Counted from the first letter of the stretch, positions 1-12,976 are shown. The stretch is DNA of 64,000 bases from Bacteriovoracia bacterium (GCA_050246755.1 JBFWVL010000003.1:224001-288000); one strand, 5' to 3'. Notes: generated by a model from the sequence alone, not told the origin. Numbers and translations: made by a program.

Positions 1-2
1 CG

Positions 3-710
3 TTCTTTTCCTTGCTGCAGAAAAATAAATGGCGTCTCACCAAAGATTCTGCCTGGCTCGTGCAGCTGAGCCTGCTGCTCGTGAGCTTGGCCTACTACCG
101 AGGGGCGCTCAGCCGCTGTGATGAAGTGCACTACCGCTACGTTTCTTCCTTTGCCTTCCTCGGCGCCGCCCTGGTGGTGGCGCGGGCTTTTTGCGAATCC
201 GCGCTCTGGCGCCTTCGTTCGGCGCAAGCATTGCTTTGCCTCGCCGCGCTATCGCTTCCCGCCCAGACGCTCTGGGATACGGGCCGCCTCGTGTACGGTA
301 ATGCAAAAGGTTTTCCGGGAAATATCCGAGAATTCCTGCGCACGAAAGACGAAGCCTTTCTTCCGTCTTGGCAAATCGAGACGGCGGCATTTCTCGCCAA
401 AGAGTTTCGCGAGGAAAAATGCTTTGCCAGCCTCGTTTCCGAACCCCTCTGGATTTACCTTCTGAAGAAGCCCCACTGCGGAAGGTTTCATTTAGCTTGG
501 CTAATTTCCGATAAGGGGCTTCAGCTCGAAGCTATCGAGGAATTGAAGCATACCAATCCCGGAAAAATCCTCGTGCACACTCCCCGAAGCGGAGACGAAA
601 TGGACGGGGTGCCGATCGAGATCCGCGCCCGCTACCTTTACGGTTACGTGGCGGAGAACTACCGCCCAGGACCCAGCTTCAAGGGCTGGGAAGTTTGGGT
701 GAAGAAATAA
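3..710 (+). CDS. Membrane protein, C-terminal part (probable GT-C/ArnT-like glycosyltransferase); 5' end lies outside the window
   Basis: Frame is open to the window edge; hydrophobic helices followed by a soluble periplasmic-type domain; next to an O-antigen ligase-like gene. Confidence 0.55.
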   Translation, partial: FFSLLQKNKWRLTKDSAWLVQLSLLLVSLAYYRGALSRCDEVHYRYVSSFAFLGAALVVARAFCESALWRLRSAQALLCLAALSLPAQTLWDTGRLVYGNAKGFPGNIREFLRTKDEAFLPSWQIETAAFLAKEFREEKCFASLVSEPLWIYLLKKPHCGRFHLAWLISDKGLQLEAIEELKHTNPGKILVHTPRSGDEMDGVPIEIRARYLYGYVAENYRPGPSFKGWEVWVKK

Positions 711-721
711 TTTTTCCCGGC

Positions 722-2032
722 TTACGAATAGAGCGAGCCCAGCTCATTATCAATATCTTTGAGCCGCGAGCGGCGGCGCATGGCCAAAGCGAGCGCCACC
801 CCCACCCAAATCATCAGAGTATGCTGGGTTTTTCCGTCCCAGAAATTTATCTGGGTTAAGCCGTTCACGTGAAAGGCCAGAAAGCCCGCGAGCACCGCGG
901 CCGGCAGCCAGCGTTCTTCCTTGCGCGCTCGCCGGAAAGAAATCACCGCGCCGCCGACCAGCACTCCCCACCACGCGAGGAACGCCGCGAAACCGACAAG
1001 CCCCGTGGAGGCCAGGGAATCGAGGACGTTATTATGGGCGTGGCTCGTGAACTGCGGGCGCTCGCCGAAAATTTTCGTCGCGTACATCGGGCTATATTCT
1101 CCGGTGCGGTTGAATCCTACCCCCGTGACGGGGCGGTCACGGAACATTTCCCAGGCCGACTCCCACATACGCACGCGCTCCCAGTTGCCCACCTGATTAT
1201 TCCGCCAGCGCCCCTGCAAAGTGGGGCTCCATTGCCAAAGGCCGATAGCCAATACCACGGCGAATGCCAGCGCCACGAATCCCCAGATCGGCCGCTTGAG
1301 AAAGCTCAGAAAGGCGAGAATGGCCACGAGGGCGAAAAAAGAAGTGCGGGAGTAGGAAAGAAATACGCCCAGAATCACAAATAGGCTGATGCCCATCCAG
1401 AAAAAACGCCGGGCGGTGCTTTCGCCGGCCAGTGGCCAGAAGAAACGAGCGGCGGTGGCGCTCGCGACAAAGCACATAGCCGAGGCGAAGCTCAGGTGAA
1501 AAAACATGAAGCCCTGCCCATGAAAATGCTCGTTCATCCCGATCGGCCGGAAAAAACGCGAAGCCAGCCAGGGCTCGGGAAAAAGATCGCGGGCGAAAAA
1601 TTGCATCACGGCTACCAGAGCCGAGAAAATTCCCATCCCCAACCAAAATTGCCAGAGCGGATGGTGCTCGATGGACTCGGCCCCATAGTTGAGGGCCAAG
1701 GCAATCAAGGGTGGGTAGAGGAAAAAATGGAATTTCTTCAGTTCCGAAAATCCGCGTAGGCCGTTTTCCCCAAGCGGAAAAAAATGGGCCACAAGCAGGC
1801 TCAGGAAACAGGCGGCGAAGTAAGCGGCGGTGGCGTAGACCCAGGGATCTTTTTTGAATTTGGCCAACGCCGCAGCTCGCCAAGGGGCGCGGAAGATCAC
1901 CACCAGACTTACGAGAAGGAATACGGCCGAACCGATGCTCATGAGAGCCATCGAGGTGAGTGAAAGCACGCCGTAGGCGCAGAGGGCTATCGTCCACCAA
2001 CTCTTCTCGCGCGCGTTCAAAAAGACCTCCAT
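722..2032 (-). CDS. O-antigen ligase (WaaL/Wzy_C) family protein
   Basis: Multi-TM protein with SYSRT, ERVRMWESAWEMFRDRPVTGVG and HAHNNVLDSLASTGLVG motifs; ATG at 2032 (alternative GTG at 2038). Confidence 0.85.
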   Translation of the reverse strand: MEVFLNAREKSWWTIALCAYGVLSLTSMALMSIGSAVFLLVSLVVIFRAPWRAAALAKFKKDPWVYATAAYFAACFLSLLVAHFFPLGENGLRGFSELKKFHFFLYPPLIALALNYGAESIEHHPLWQFWLGMGIFSALVAVMQFFARDLFPEPWLASRFFRPIGMNEHFHGQGFMFFHLSFASAMCFVASATAARFFWPLAGESTARRFFWMGISLFVILGVFLSYSRTSFFALVAILAFLSFLKRPIWGFVALAFAVVLAIGLWQWSPTLQGRWRNNQVGNWERVRMWESAWEMFRDRPVTGVGFNRTGEYSPMYATKIFGERPQFTSHAHNNVLDSLASTGLVGFAAFLAWWGVLVGGAVISFRRARKEERWLPAAVLAGFLAFHVNGLTQINFWDGKTQHTLMIWVGVALALAMRRRSRLKDIDNELGSLYS

Positions 2033-2052
2033 TGTCACGGGGCATCACAGGA

Positions 2053-2649
2053 ATGAATGTGGTAATCCTATCCGAAGTGTTGGAACCGATAAAGCGTGAA
2101 TCTAAGCCGGGGCAGCGAACTAGGGTTACTGCTCTTTTTTTTGGGCTAGTCTTAGCCTTGGCGCCACTGTTGGGAAATGCCGAAGAGAAGAAAATTTCTC
2201 TGGACGGCCTCAACGATTGCAACTGGATGATCACCTACCGGGGCCGTACCTATGATCTGGCGCCGCTCACACGCGAAGCCCTCGCCCGCCCTATCGAAAG
2301 TGATATCCGTTACGCCCTCCAGCGGGTGCCGGCGGCGAACGAGCACCTCGGCGCCATGAGCACCCACCTGCGCGACGCCCGCGCCCATACCATCTTCGCC
2401 AGTATTTTCGTGAGCGGATTCGTGCTCACGCGGATCCTGCGCGCGAGCCAAAAGAACGAAGAGTACCGTCGCGACTACGATGTGGCCTCCGCCGCCACGG
2501 GATTATTTTTTCTCGCGTCTACGGCCTTCAGCTGGAAATCTACGAACGACGCGAAAACAGAGCTGGTGGAGGCCGTGGATGCCTTCAACCAGGAAAGCCC
2601 GCATAAAATTGAACCGGCCGGGGAAGGCCAAGCGCTCATAGGAAATTAG
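2053..2649 (+). CDS. Hypothetical secreted/membrane protein
   Basis: Signal-like LFFGLVLALAPLLGNA and two C-terminal hydrophobic segments; ends 9 nt before carB; start codon uncertain. Confidence 0.65.
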   Translation: MNVVILSEVLEPIKRESKPGQRTRVTALFFGLVLALAPLLGNAEEKKISLDGLNDCNWMITYRGRTYDLAPLTREALARPIESDIRYALQRVPAANEHLGAMSTHLRDARAHTIFASIFVSGFVLTRILRASQKNEEYRRDYDVASAATGLFFLASTAFSWKSTNDAKTELVEAVDAFNQESPHKIEPAGEGQALIGN

Positions 2650-2658
2650 GGAGGAATT

Positions 2659-5909
<3,251 letters not shown>

Positions 5910-5913
<4 letters not shown>

Positions 5914-6203
5914 GCGTGCACTGCTTCCGCTGCGGGAAAGAAATCGCCGAAAATAATCTCGGCCGCCAGGATTCCTGTGAAAACTGCGGAGCGGATACCC
6001 GCTGCTGCCGCAACTGCGCGCACTACGATAAGTCCTATAATAACGAGTGCCGCGAAGAGCAGGCTGCTCGCCAGGTAGAAAAAGAAAAAGGGAATTTTTG
6101 TGAGTGGTTCAAGGCCCGGCAAGGGCCCGTGAGCGGCGCGAGCGCACCGGCAAAGGATTCACTCAAAAGCGCGGCGGAAGCTTTATTCAAGAAGAAGAGC
6201 TGA
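5910..6203 (+). CDS. Small Cys-rich putative metal-binding protein
   Basis: CFRC...CENC...CCRNCAHY...C...NFCEWF; GTGA overlap with the carB stop. Confidence 0.8.
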
Positions 6204-6269
6204 AATCCCCGGGACTAAAAGCCAGTGCGTTTCGGGCCTTGGGGGCGTTCTAGAATGTGGTGGTTCTGC

Positions 6270-7037
6270 TCACTTCATTCCAGTTTTTTTTGGATTCGGA
6301 TCGTAAACGCAAAGAAAAGCCGTTTTCCAAGTACGCTCGGCAGCTCCGTAGTACCCGTAGTATCCGTTAAACACGAAGCCTTTGTTTGAGTCCTTGGGAT
6401 CAAGGGAAGATGTCCACACTCTTTGATAGGTAAGAGTTGGCAATACTAGCTCCCCTGTGCTTTCGAGAAGAGGAGAATAGCCTCCGTTGAAGGTCACACG
6501 ATCCGTATATGGATCTGTGGCCATTTTTGCTCCAAAATCCGAGGAAAATCCCACGTAGTCTTGAAGGGAAGGCAGACGATTCCCGTCTTTTGCGCACAGC
6601 TCTTCTGCTTCCGCTTGAGTGACCTTAAGGGAGGAAGCATCATCGAAACCGGTAGCACCTTCCACTTTCCTGATTGAGCCCCAAACTAATCCTCTGCGGT
6701 CTCTATACCCTTCGCCAAGGCTTGGGCGGCCTGCAAACCGGGTAAATCCAAGGCTGGCAATCCTTGCCGCTTTGTCTTCACCAGATTTTCCTCCTTTAGG
6801 CTCGGAGGGCGCCTCCACTTGGGAGTTCGCTACAGCAGTAACAGGAGAAAGTTCTGGTTCCTTCACGGGGGCGCTGGGAGCGGATTGCTTCGGCGGGCGG
6901 GCTTTCTCGCCATCCAGTGGTCGCACCACTCCTTCTGTCGCGCGAGGCTCCATCGCAATCTTCGACGATTTAGAGGGCGACCCAAAATACCAAACGCCTA
7001 TGCCGCAGATAAAAATAAAAATGATGATTCTGAACAT
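6270..7037 (-). CDS. Membrane-anchored protein with a DUF1566/Lcl-like C-terminal domain
   Basis: N-terminal TM, Pro-rich linker, GLVW...AEELC...RLPS...WTSS...FLCV pattern; appears more AT-rich than its neighbours. Confidence 0.65.
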   Translation of the reverse strand: MFRIIIFIFICGIGVWYFGSPSKSSKIAMEPRATEGVVRPLDGEKARPPKQSAPSAPVKEPELSPVTAVANSQVEAPSEPKGGKSGEDKAARIASLGFTRFAGRPSLGEGYRDRRGLVWGSIRKVEGATGFDDASSLKVTQAEAEELCAKDGNRLPSLQDYVGFSSDFGAKMATDPYTDRVTFNGGYSPLLESTGELVLPTLTYQRVWTSSLDPKDSNKGFVFNGYYGYYGAAERTWKTAFLCVYDPNPKKTGMK

Positions 7038-7085
7038 GGGGTTAGTTTAGCTCTTTTGAGCAATGACAGTCCAAAATCAAAAGAC

Positions 7086-7231
7086 CTGGTCTACTTAATT
7101 GTTGATGAAAGCCGCTAACCATGCGGAGTCGCTCGGCAATTTTTTAAAATGGTTTCTAATTTATACCAGGTGGAGGCAGGTTCGCGAATTCACGCGCGAA
7201 TCGCCATAAAAACAACAATCAAGTAGACCAG
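7086..7231 (-). repeat. 146-bp element bounded by a 19-bp inverted repeat (structured RNA or MITE-like)
   Basis: CTGGTCTACTTAATTGTTG (7086-7104) versus CAACAATCAAGTAGACCAG (7213-7231): 18/19 complementary, and the mismatch is a G-U pair on the minus strand. Confidence 0.75.
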
Positions 7232-7240
7232 CTAGAACGC

Positions 7241-7558
7241 TTATCGCTTGGCTTTTTTCTTGGTCTTTTTCTTGGCCGACTTTTTCGTCGCCTTTTTGGC
7301 CTTTTTCTTCGTGCCCTTAGCCTTCTTTTTACGGCCGCCGCGCGACATTTTCACGGCGGAAACATCGCCCTGCTTGTCTACGAAGTACAAGAAACCTGGC
7401 TTCCGGGTAATGCCGCACTTAACCACCACCACGGCCTTACCGCGGGCGCCCGAGCCGCCTCTGGCCATCTTTACTTGGCAAACATTGCCCTTTTTATCGA
7501 TGAAATACAGATACCCTGTTTCGCGGGTAATACCGGTTTTATGAACTTTTTGAGCCAT
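7241..7558 (-). CDS. Small basic protein with two ~40-aa repeats and a Lys/Ala-rich H1-like tail (candidate nucleic-acid-binding protein)
   Basis: Repeats GITRETGYLYFIDKKGNVCQVKMARGG and GITRKPGFLYFVDKQGDVSAVKMSRGG; tail KKKAKGTKKKAKKATKK...; strong RBS TAAGGAG. Confidence 0.85.
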   Translation of the reverse strand: MAQKVHKTGITRETGYLYFIDKKGNVCQVKMARGGSGARGKAVVVVKCGITRKPGFLYFVDKQGDVSAVKMSRGGRKKKAKGTKKKAKKATKKSAKKKTKKKAKR

Positions 7559-7617
7559 CTTTTCTCCTTACGTGTTGCTAAATAGTTAGCAAAGTTTCCC
7601 CCATTTACAAGGAGAAC

Positions 7618-7646
7618 TTGACGGGAAAAGCCCGCGGAAGTACTAC
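7618..7646 (+). promoter_or_regulatory. sigma70-like promoter upstream of greA
   Basis: TTGACG-N17-TACTAC. Confidence 0.5.
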
Positions 7647-7717
7647 TAATTTTCGCTATTTGCTCCTCGAGAAATGGAGCAAATAATGAGTAAACTAAAA
7701 ATTTTTTGAGAAACATT

Positions 7718-8209
7718 ATGCAAGCCCCCGCCGAACAAAAAATCTTCCCGGTCACCGTTGAAGGAAAGCGCAAGCTGGAGGAAGAATTGAAACACCTCGT
7801 CACGGTGGAGCGCCCGGCGATCGTGTACGCCATCGAAGTGGCGCGCGCTCACGGCGACCTCAAAGAAAATGCCGAGTACGCAGCCGCCAAGGAGCGTCAG
7901 TCTTTCGTAGAGGGACGGATCCAGCATATCAACGCGGTGATTGCCGGTGCCCAAGTGATCGATCCCAGTAAGCTGAATTTCCCGCATGTGGTTTTCGGCG
8001 CCACCGTGAAACTGGAAGATAGCGATTCGGGCCAGGAAGTGACCTACACCATCGTGGGCATCGACGAATCCGATATCTCCAAGAACAAAATCAGCATCGC
8101 TTCGCCCCTCGCCCGCGCGCTCATTTCGAAAAAAACTGGCGACGAAGTAAAGCTCACCACGCCGAAGGGCACCAGCACCTACGAAATCCGTGGCGTCGAA
8201 TACCGCTAA
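7718..8209 (+). CDS. greA: Transcription elongation factor GreA
   Basis: ARAHGDLKENAEYAAAKERQ, FGATV, ISIASPLARALI. Confidence 0.97.
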   Translation: MQAPAEQKIFPVTVEGKRKLEEELKHLVTVERPAIVYAIEVARAHGDLKENAEYAAAKERQSFVEGRIQHINAVIAGAQVIDPSKLNFPHVVFGATVKLEDSDSGQEVTYTIVGIDESDISKNKISIASPLARALISKKTGDEVKLTTPKGTSTYEIRGVEYR

Positions 8210-10415
8210 GAAAAGAGCCCTCACCCTCTCTACGCCCCTCCAGTTTCTTAAGGGCCTAGGCCCCGCGCGCGCGTCCGCTTTCGCGCGTAAGGGCGTAGTT
8301 ACGGTACAAGACGCTCTCTACTATTTTCCTTTGCGCTACGAAGACCGCCGCGGCCTCTGTGAGCCGAAAGACCTCGTAGGACTCCCCGACGGCATGGCCG
8401 TGACCGTGCTCGCGCAGATCCAGCGCCAGAAAGAAATTCCGATTCGCGGCCGTGGAATGATGTTCGAACTCGTGGCGATGGGAGACAAAGGCGATCTCCT
8501 CACCTGCACTTGGTTTCATACCTACAAGGGAATGAAGGAGAAATTCGCGCCCGGCCCCTGGGCCATTTTTCAGGGCACGCTGAAGAATTATCGCGGCTCT
8601 CCGCAGATCGTTCACCCCGACGTAGAAATCCTCAAAGAGAAACCCGTGCCGGGAAAAGTGGAAGTTCCGGTCTCTCCCCATTGGGGCCGCGTGGTGCCGA
8701 TTTATTCGCGCTCCGATAAGCTCACCCAGAAATTCATCCGCGATACGGTGAGCCAGATCCTCGACGAAGCCCTCCCCGTCACCCCCGACCTGATCCCGAA
8801 AGATATCCGCGAGCGGCATAAGCTTCCCGGCATCGCCGAGTCCATCCGCGCGATGCATTTTCCCACCGAGCTCCCGCGCCTCGACATTCCCCGTACGGAA
8901 GACTTACCCGCCGCCACCCGCCGTCTCATCTTTGAGGAATTTTTTAAATTTCAGCTCGTGCTGCTCATGGACCGCACGGGCATCCAGCCCGAGCCCGCCA
9001 AGCCCATTTCCGTAAAAGGCCACCTAGCGCAGAAGATGCGCAAAAATTTTCCCTACTCCCTCACCAACGCGCAGGAAAGATCTATCGCCGAAGTGCTCAC
9101 CGATCTACAAAAGCCGATCGCGATGAACCGGATCGTGCAGGGAGACGTGGGCAGCGGAAAAACCCTAGTGGCTTTCCTTACCGCGGCCGAAGCGATCGAG
9201 AACGAGGGCCAGGTGGCACTGATGGCGCCCACCGAGATCCTCGCCGAGCAACACTACCAAAACGCGCTCAAAGTTTTCGCCGGCACGGGTGTGGAAGTTT
9301 TATTGCTTACCGGCAGCCTAGGAGTGGCGGCAAAGCGCGAAGCGCAGGAAAAGATAAAAACCGGCAAAGCCCAATTCGTGATCGGCACCCACGCGCTCAT
9401 TCAGGACGCCGTCACCTGGAAAAACCTGCGCATGGCCATCATCGATGAGCAGCACCGGTTCGGCGTGCGCCAGCGCACGGCGCTCAAAGAAAAATCCCCC
9501 CCCGGGGCCTTCCCGCATATCTTGACCATGACGGCCACGCCCATCCCGCGCTCTCTCGCCCTCACCGTTTTCGGCGAGCTCGACGTTTCTACCATCGATG
9601 AAATGCCGCCCGGCCGCCAGGATATTCCCACCAAGATCATCCGCGGCACCGAACGCCACAAGCTCTACAATTTGATCCGCAAAGAGGCCGACCTCAAGCA
9701 CCAAAGCTATATCGTTTTCCCGCTCGTGAATGATTCCGAAAAAGAGGGCATGGAAAAACTGAAAAGTGTGGAATCCCAGTTCTTGGAGCTCGCGGCCGGT
9801 GAGCTTTCGGGCCTACGCCTCGCGATGGTCCACGGGCAAATGAGCGCCGAAGAGCGCAACGGCATCATGCGCGCCTTCAAGGCCCACGAGTACGATGTGC
9901 TCGTTTCCACCACCGTGATCGAAGTGGGCGTGGACGTGCCCAATGCCACCGTAATGGCCATCGAGAATGCCGAACGCTTCGGCCTTTCGCAGCTGCACCA
10001 ACTGCGCGGTCGCGTGGGCCGGGGTTCGGCGAAGAGTTATTGCGTGCTAGTTACCGACTCCGCCCCACCCGGAGCCCGCCCGATTCAGCCCGAGAATGCC
10101 GAAGCCGGCGTGGAAGACGAAAGCCCCTGGGTACGCCTCGGCGTGCTCGAAAAAACCCGCTCGGGTTTCGAGATCGCGGAGCACGATCTAAAATTACGCG
10201 GCCCCGGCGATTTCTTCGGCACCAAACAAAGCGGCAGCCCGAGCTTCCGGCTAGCCGATCTTTCGCGGGACGCGCAGCTGCTCGAAGTGGCGCGGGCCGA
10301 AGCCCAGAAAATCTATAAAGACGATCCTAAATTAGAAAAGCCTGAACATGCGGCTCTGGGCACCTGGTTTCGGCAAATGATCGAAGAAGCGGCGCAGACG
10401 TTGAAGAGCGGATGA
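8190..10415 (+). CDS. recG: ATP-dependent DNA helicase RecG
   Basis: QGDVGSGKT, IIDEQHRFGVRQR, MTATPIPRSL, QLHQLRGRVGRG, DLKLRGPGDFFGTKQSG. Confidence 0.98.
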   Translation: MASNTAKKRALTLSTPLQFLKGLGPARASAFARKGVVTVQDALYYFPLRYEDRRGLCEPKDLVGLPDGMAVTVLAQIQRQKEIPIRGRGMMFELVAMGDKGDLLTCTWFHTYKGMKEKFAPGPWAIFQGTLKNYRGSPQIVHPDVEILKEKPVPGKVEVPVSPHWGRVVPIYSRSDKLTQKFIRDTVSQILDEALPVTPDLIPKDIRERHKLPGIAESIRAMHFPTELPRLDIPRTEDLPAATRRLIFEEFFKFQLVLLMDRTGIQPEPAKPISVKGHLAQKMRKNFPYSLTNAQERSIAEVLTDLQKPIAMNRIVQGDVGSGKTLVAFLTAAEAIENEGQVALMAPTEILAEQHYQNALKVFAGTGVEVLLLTGSLGVAAKREAQEKIKTGKAQFVIGTHALIQDAVTWKNLRMAIIDEQHRFGVRQRTALKEKSPPGAFPHILTMTATPIPRSLALTVFGELDVSTIDEMPPGRQDIPTKIIRGTERHKLYNLIRKEADLKHQSYIVFPLVNDSEKEGMEKLKSVESQFLELAAGELSGLRLAMVHGQMSAEERNGIMRAFKAHEYDVLVSTTVIEVGVDVPNATVMAIENAERFGLSQLHQLRGRVGRGSAKSYCVLVTDSAPPGARPIQPENAEAGVEDESPWVRLGVLEKTRSGFEIAEHDLKLRGPGDFFGTKQSGSPSFRLADLSRDAQLLEVARAEAQKIYKDDPKLEKPEHAALGTWFRQMIEEAAQTLKSG

Positions 10416-10436
10416 TTTTCCCGCTACAATAGTTTC

Positions 10437-10910
10437 ATGTACTATTCTCTGTTTTTTTTCCTGCTTGCCGCTGGTTTCGGCTACTACTTCAAGGAAGGAG
10501 ATAATTTTCTTTACCGCAAAGCCGTGGAGATGGTGAAAGTAGACCCGCATATGCTCCGGCACGCAGATGACAATGCGGAAAAGCAGCGGTCCCTTTGCCA
10601 GTTCACGGCCGATTACGATTATGCCTGCACCACGACCACCAAAGACCTTCAGCAATATCCCATATATATCTGGGGAGGCCCGGGAACAAGAAGCCCCAAA
10701 GAAGAGACTGCCGCCAAGTGCGCCTTGGCTTGCGCCGAGCATGGGCCGGGATTTTGTGCGTGGCGAGAGAACGGACCGGAATACGGGGGCGCCACCACTT
10801 GCCTATTCGTGAGCCGAAAAATTTGCTCCAATTCCGATATCGAGCCGATCCCGTTTTCGGCCTACCTTCCTTCCCAGGTGAAATCCGTGCAAAGCGGGCG
10901 CTGCGATTAG
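10437..10910 (+). CDS. Hypothetical Cys-rich exported protein
   Basis: N-terminal hydrophobic anchor, 8 Cys; TTGAAG-N18-TACAAT-N6-ATG upstream. Confidence 0.65.
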   Translation: MYYSLFFFLLAAGFGYYFKEGDNFLYRKAVEMVKVDPHMLRHADDNAEKQRSLCQFTADYDYACTTTTKDLQQYPIYIWGGPGTRSPKEETAAKCALACAEHGPGFCAWRENGPEYGGATTCLFVSRKICSNSDIEPIPFSAYLPSQVKSVQSGRCD

Positions 10911-11947
10911 GAAAATTGAACCCGCGGGCCGGCACCTCTCTCCGCAACTTCCCCGATCAATGAAGTAGAAGGAAATTTTTCTTTTAGCCGCCCCACGATC
11001 GATTCCGCGTCCTTTTTCGGCACCGCTAATAGGAGCCCGCCCGATGTCTGCGGGTCCACCGTGAGCCACTTCGAATGGTCGGGTACCGAAACCTCGTTTT
11101 GCACATAGTCCCAATTCGTCTTGTGAGCGCGGTTGAGGATGCCTCGTTCGATGCACACTGCGGCACCGGGCAGCAAGCGCAGGTTCTTCAGGGAGATCGC
11201 AAAATTCACGTCGCTTGCGCGCGCCATTTGCAAAGCGTGGCCGGCCAAACCGAATCCGGTAATGTCGGTTGCAGCATGCACGGAAAAATCGCCGAGAAGC
11301 TCCGGCACGCGGTTCAGCTGCTGCATGCTGGCAACCAGCGGCGCGAGATGCTCCGCGCTCAGCTCGCGCCGTTTTAGCGCCGAGGTAAGGGTGCCGGTCC
11401 CGAGAGCTTTGGTTAAAATCAAGCTATCGCCTGGTCGAGCGCCGGCATTGGTCCAGGCGCGATTGGTAGGCACGAACCCGGTCACGGAGAGGCCAAATTT
11501 CAAGGTATCATCGTCGATCGTGTGCCCTCCCGCGAGGCAGGCGCCGGCCTCCTCGATTTTGGCCACCGCGCCTTTCAGCAAAGGCTCGAGCAGCTCGATC
11601 GGCAATGTTAACGAAGGAAATGCGAGAATGCTCAGCGCAATTTTCGGGGCGCCGCCCATTGCGTACACGTCACTCAGCGCGTTCGCGGCGGCGATCGCGC
11701 CAAATTCGTAAGCATCGTCCACGATGGGAGTAAAAAAATCGAGCGTCTGCACGAGGCTCTGCCCATTGCCCAGATCCCATAGGCAGGCGTCGTCCATGTG
11801 CTCGGTGCCCACCGATAAACTAGGCGGCTTTTTCAGGCCGAGTTTTTTTAAAATATCGCGTAGCTGCCCGGCCGGGAGCTTAGCGGCGCAACCGCCCTTT
11901 TGTACCGTTTCGGTTAAGCGAATTGACTTTGAATCCAGTTCCGACAT
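10907..11947 (-). CDS. selD: Selenide, water dikinase (selenophosphate synthetase)
   Basis: GGCAAK (Cys form), QTLDFFTPIVDD, ANALSDVYAMGG, GGHTIDD, DITGFGLAGH, DPQTSGGLL. Confidence 0.97.
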   Translation of the reverse strand: MSELDSKSIRLTETVQKGGCAAKLPAGQLRDILKKLGLKKPPSLSVGTEHMDDACLWDLGNGQSLVQTLDFFTPIVDDAYEFGAIAAANALSDVYAMGGAPKIALSILAFPSLTLPIELLEPLLKGAVAKIEEAGACLAGGHTIDDDTLKFGLSVTGFVPTNRAWTNAGARPGDSLILTKALGTGTLTSALKRRELSAEHLAPLVASMQQLNRVPELLGDFSVHAATDITGFGLAGHALQMARASDVNFAISLKNLRLLPGAAVCIERGILNRAHKTNWDYVQNEVSVPDHSKWLTVDPQTSGGLLLAVPKKDAESIVGRLKEKFPSTSLIGEVAERGAGPRVQFS

Positions 11948-12972
11948 TCGTTCCAGTCTCCCTCAAATGCGATCGCGCGAGGATTCCTCGCGAAGCCGTA
12001 GTGATACGCTTTATCATAGTAGTGCAGCAATAGATCTCGAATCCATTCCCGGTGTAAATCGCCATGATTGCGCACAAACGCCAGGCCCATTTTTCCGCGA
12101 ACCTCCTCGGTGAGCCCCCCTCCGAGCTTATTGCGGATTCCCGAGAGCGAATGAGCATACTGCGCGCTAAGTTCCGCGGGGGGCACCCCGGCGGCCAGCG
12201 GTTCGGCCACGTACTCGGAAAAAATATTCTCTACCCTTTCGAGCACCGGCCGGCGAATTTTTACCACCGGCGCTCCCAGCATTTTTTCCCGCAGGCTCTT
12301 GGGCAAGTGAATCTTTCCTATCATCAAGCTCTCATCTTCCACTAAGAGCTTAGGAAATCGCCACAGCTGCAGGGCCAGGATATTTTCGAAGCTTGCCTGG
12401 CTCGGCTGAGATGTACCGATCAACGGGCCGAATGCGCTTCCCCGGTGCCTGGCGATTTTTTCCAAATTTATCGCGGGGCCTTGCAGACTTTCCAGCAATT
12501 TAGTTTTACCCGAACCGGTAGGCCCAGCCAGCACGAGCAAATCCGGGAGCCGCTCATACACACGGAGGAGCTCGTTTCGCAGCGATTTATAGCCTCCGGA
12601 AAGTCGGTAGCTCGCTACGCCAGCCTCCTCCAGCCAACGGCAAGCGGTTTCCGATCGCAAACCCCCGCGCCAGCAGGTCACCACCGGCATGGCGGCTAGA
12701 GATAATTTCTCTTTCCACGCGCGAACGAGCCTGTCCCGGTGACCGTCCACCAGTGAATGCCCCAACTGCACGGCCTCGGCTTGCCCCTTGGCCTTGTAAC
12801 AAAGACCTACTTCATGGCGTTCAGAATTATTCAAAATGGGAATATTCGAAAATAAGGGAATGGCACCTCGCGCATACTCGCCTTCGGACCGAACATCGAC
12901 GCCGCCCACCGAAGCGCCAGCCAATATTCGCTTCAGCGCTTCCGGCGCGGAAATAAAAAGATGCTTGCCCAT
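11914..12972 (-). CDS. mnmH: tRNA 2-selenouridine synthase (MnmH/SelU)
   Basis: Rhodanese motifs DVRSEGEY and CWRGGLRS, P-loop GPTGSGKT, HRGSAFG, QPSQASFEN, EDES; adjacent to selD. Confidence 0.95.
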   Translation of the reverse strand: MGKHLFISAPEALKRILAGASVGGVDVRSEGEYARGAIPLFSNIPILNNSERHEVGLCYKAKGQAEAVQLGHSLVDGHRDRLVRAWKEKLSLAAMPVVTCWRGGLRSETACRWLEEAGVASYRLSGGYKSLRNELLRVYERLPDLLVLAGPTGSGKTKLLESLQGPAINLEKIARHRGSAFGPLIGTSQPSQASFENILALQLWRFPKLLVEDESLMIGKIHLPKSLREKMLGAPVVKIRRPVLERVENIFSEYVAEPLAAGVPPAELSAQYAHSLSGIRNKLGGGLTEEVRGKMGLAFVRNHGDLHREWIRDLLLHYYDKAYHYGFARNPRAIAFEGDWNECRNWIQSQFA

Positions 12973-12976
12973 AGTT

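Noticed and set aside
7168-7206. GGTGGAGGC / GGTTCG...CGCCA resembling tmRNA or tRNA ends
   Set aside because: No cloverleaf or proper T-loop; similarity is only about 9 nt
10907-11947. Possible selenocysteine in SelD or nearby selenoproteins
   Set aside because: The active site is encoded as Cys; I saw no in-frame TGA extension, SECIS or tRNA-Sec
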